Positions 61,107 through 61,208 of a stretch of 61,208 nt of DNA are shown here, piece by piece. Numbering within the stretch: position 1 is the first letter of the stretch; each line of letters begins with the position of its first letter. The notes below the pieces were generated by a model, which was given only the letters and a program-made list of their open reading frames with translations, did no database searches and was not told the origin of the DNA. The DNA is from an uncultured Variovorax sp. (GTDB lineage Bacteria > Pseudomonadota > Gammaproteobacteria > Burkholderiales > Burkholderiaceae_C). The translations under genes and the position numbers were made by a program. The DNA is taken from the NCBI GenBank assembly GCA_913776885.1, contig CAJYQC010000418.1, forward strand, positions 1-61,208, in the 5' to 3' direction.

Positions 61107-61208
61107 TCAGTAGCCGCCGCGGCCGCCGCCGTAGCCGCCACCGCCGCTGCGGTCGCCGCCACCGTAGCCTCCGCGATCACCGCCGTAGCCGCCACCGCCG
61201 CTGCGGCC
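61107..61208 (-). CDS. Gly/Arg/Tyr-rich C-terminal tail, probably of an RRM RNA-binding protein (partial)
   Basis: Reads GRSGGGGYGGDRGGYGGGDRSGGGGYGGGRGGY* followed by a terminator; the N-terminal domain is outside the window. Confidence 0.65.
   Translation of the reverse strand, partial: GRSGGGGYGGDRGGYGGGDRSGGGGYGGGRGGY

Noticed and set aside
61107-61208. GCC/GGC-rich end of window as a simple DNA repeat, or the 60776..61195 ORF
   Set aside because: Better explained as the Gly-rich coding tail GGGGY/RGG in another frame, ending at TGA 61107 before a terminator.

Overview
High-GC (about 68-70% by eye) chromosomal window, inferred from gene content and order to be from a betaproteobacterium (Comamonadaceae, Variovorax-like). 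No transposase, integrase, phage gene, CRISPR array, rRNA or tRNA was seen. In order it holds: a sigma54-preceded biuret/triuret nitrogen-scavenging cluster (AtzH-like tail, BMP ABC transporter, formamidase-like nitrilase, biuH, trtA, GntR); a Bug/FAD-monooxygenase/LysR unit; core genes (xth, pyrE, gatCAB, mreBCD, mrdA); a homogentisate cluster (MBL hydrolase, FAD hydroxylase, DUF2783-like protein, hmgA, Bug, fahA, IclR); a sirtuin; an MCE ABC system; LysR-mmsA-GMC oxidoreductase; a collapsed tetR/tetA relic; an opine-oxidase-like ABC cluster with an ALDH7, an aminotransferase and a ThDP enzyme; an orphan amt with sigma54 and NtrC-like sites; a candidate structured RNA before tauE-chrA; tctAB; and a Gly-rich protein tail. 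The most striking feature is a dense set of small palindromic repeats. One roughly 90-97 nt family (15 copies at 11 loci) always starts within about 15 nt downstream of a stop codon and on that gene's strand. It forms tandem arrays, and it and a related family are inserted in frame inside two proteins. All protein identities come from motif recognition by eye; no database search was run.
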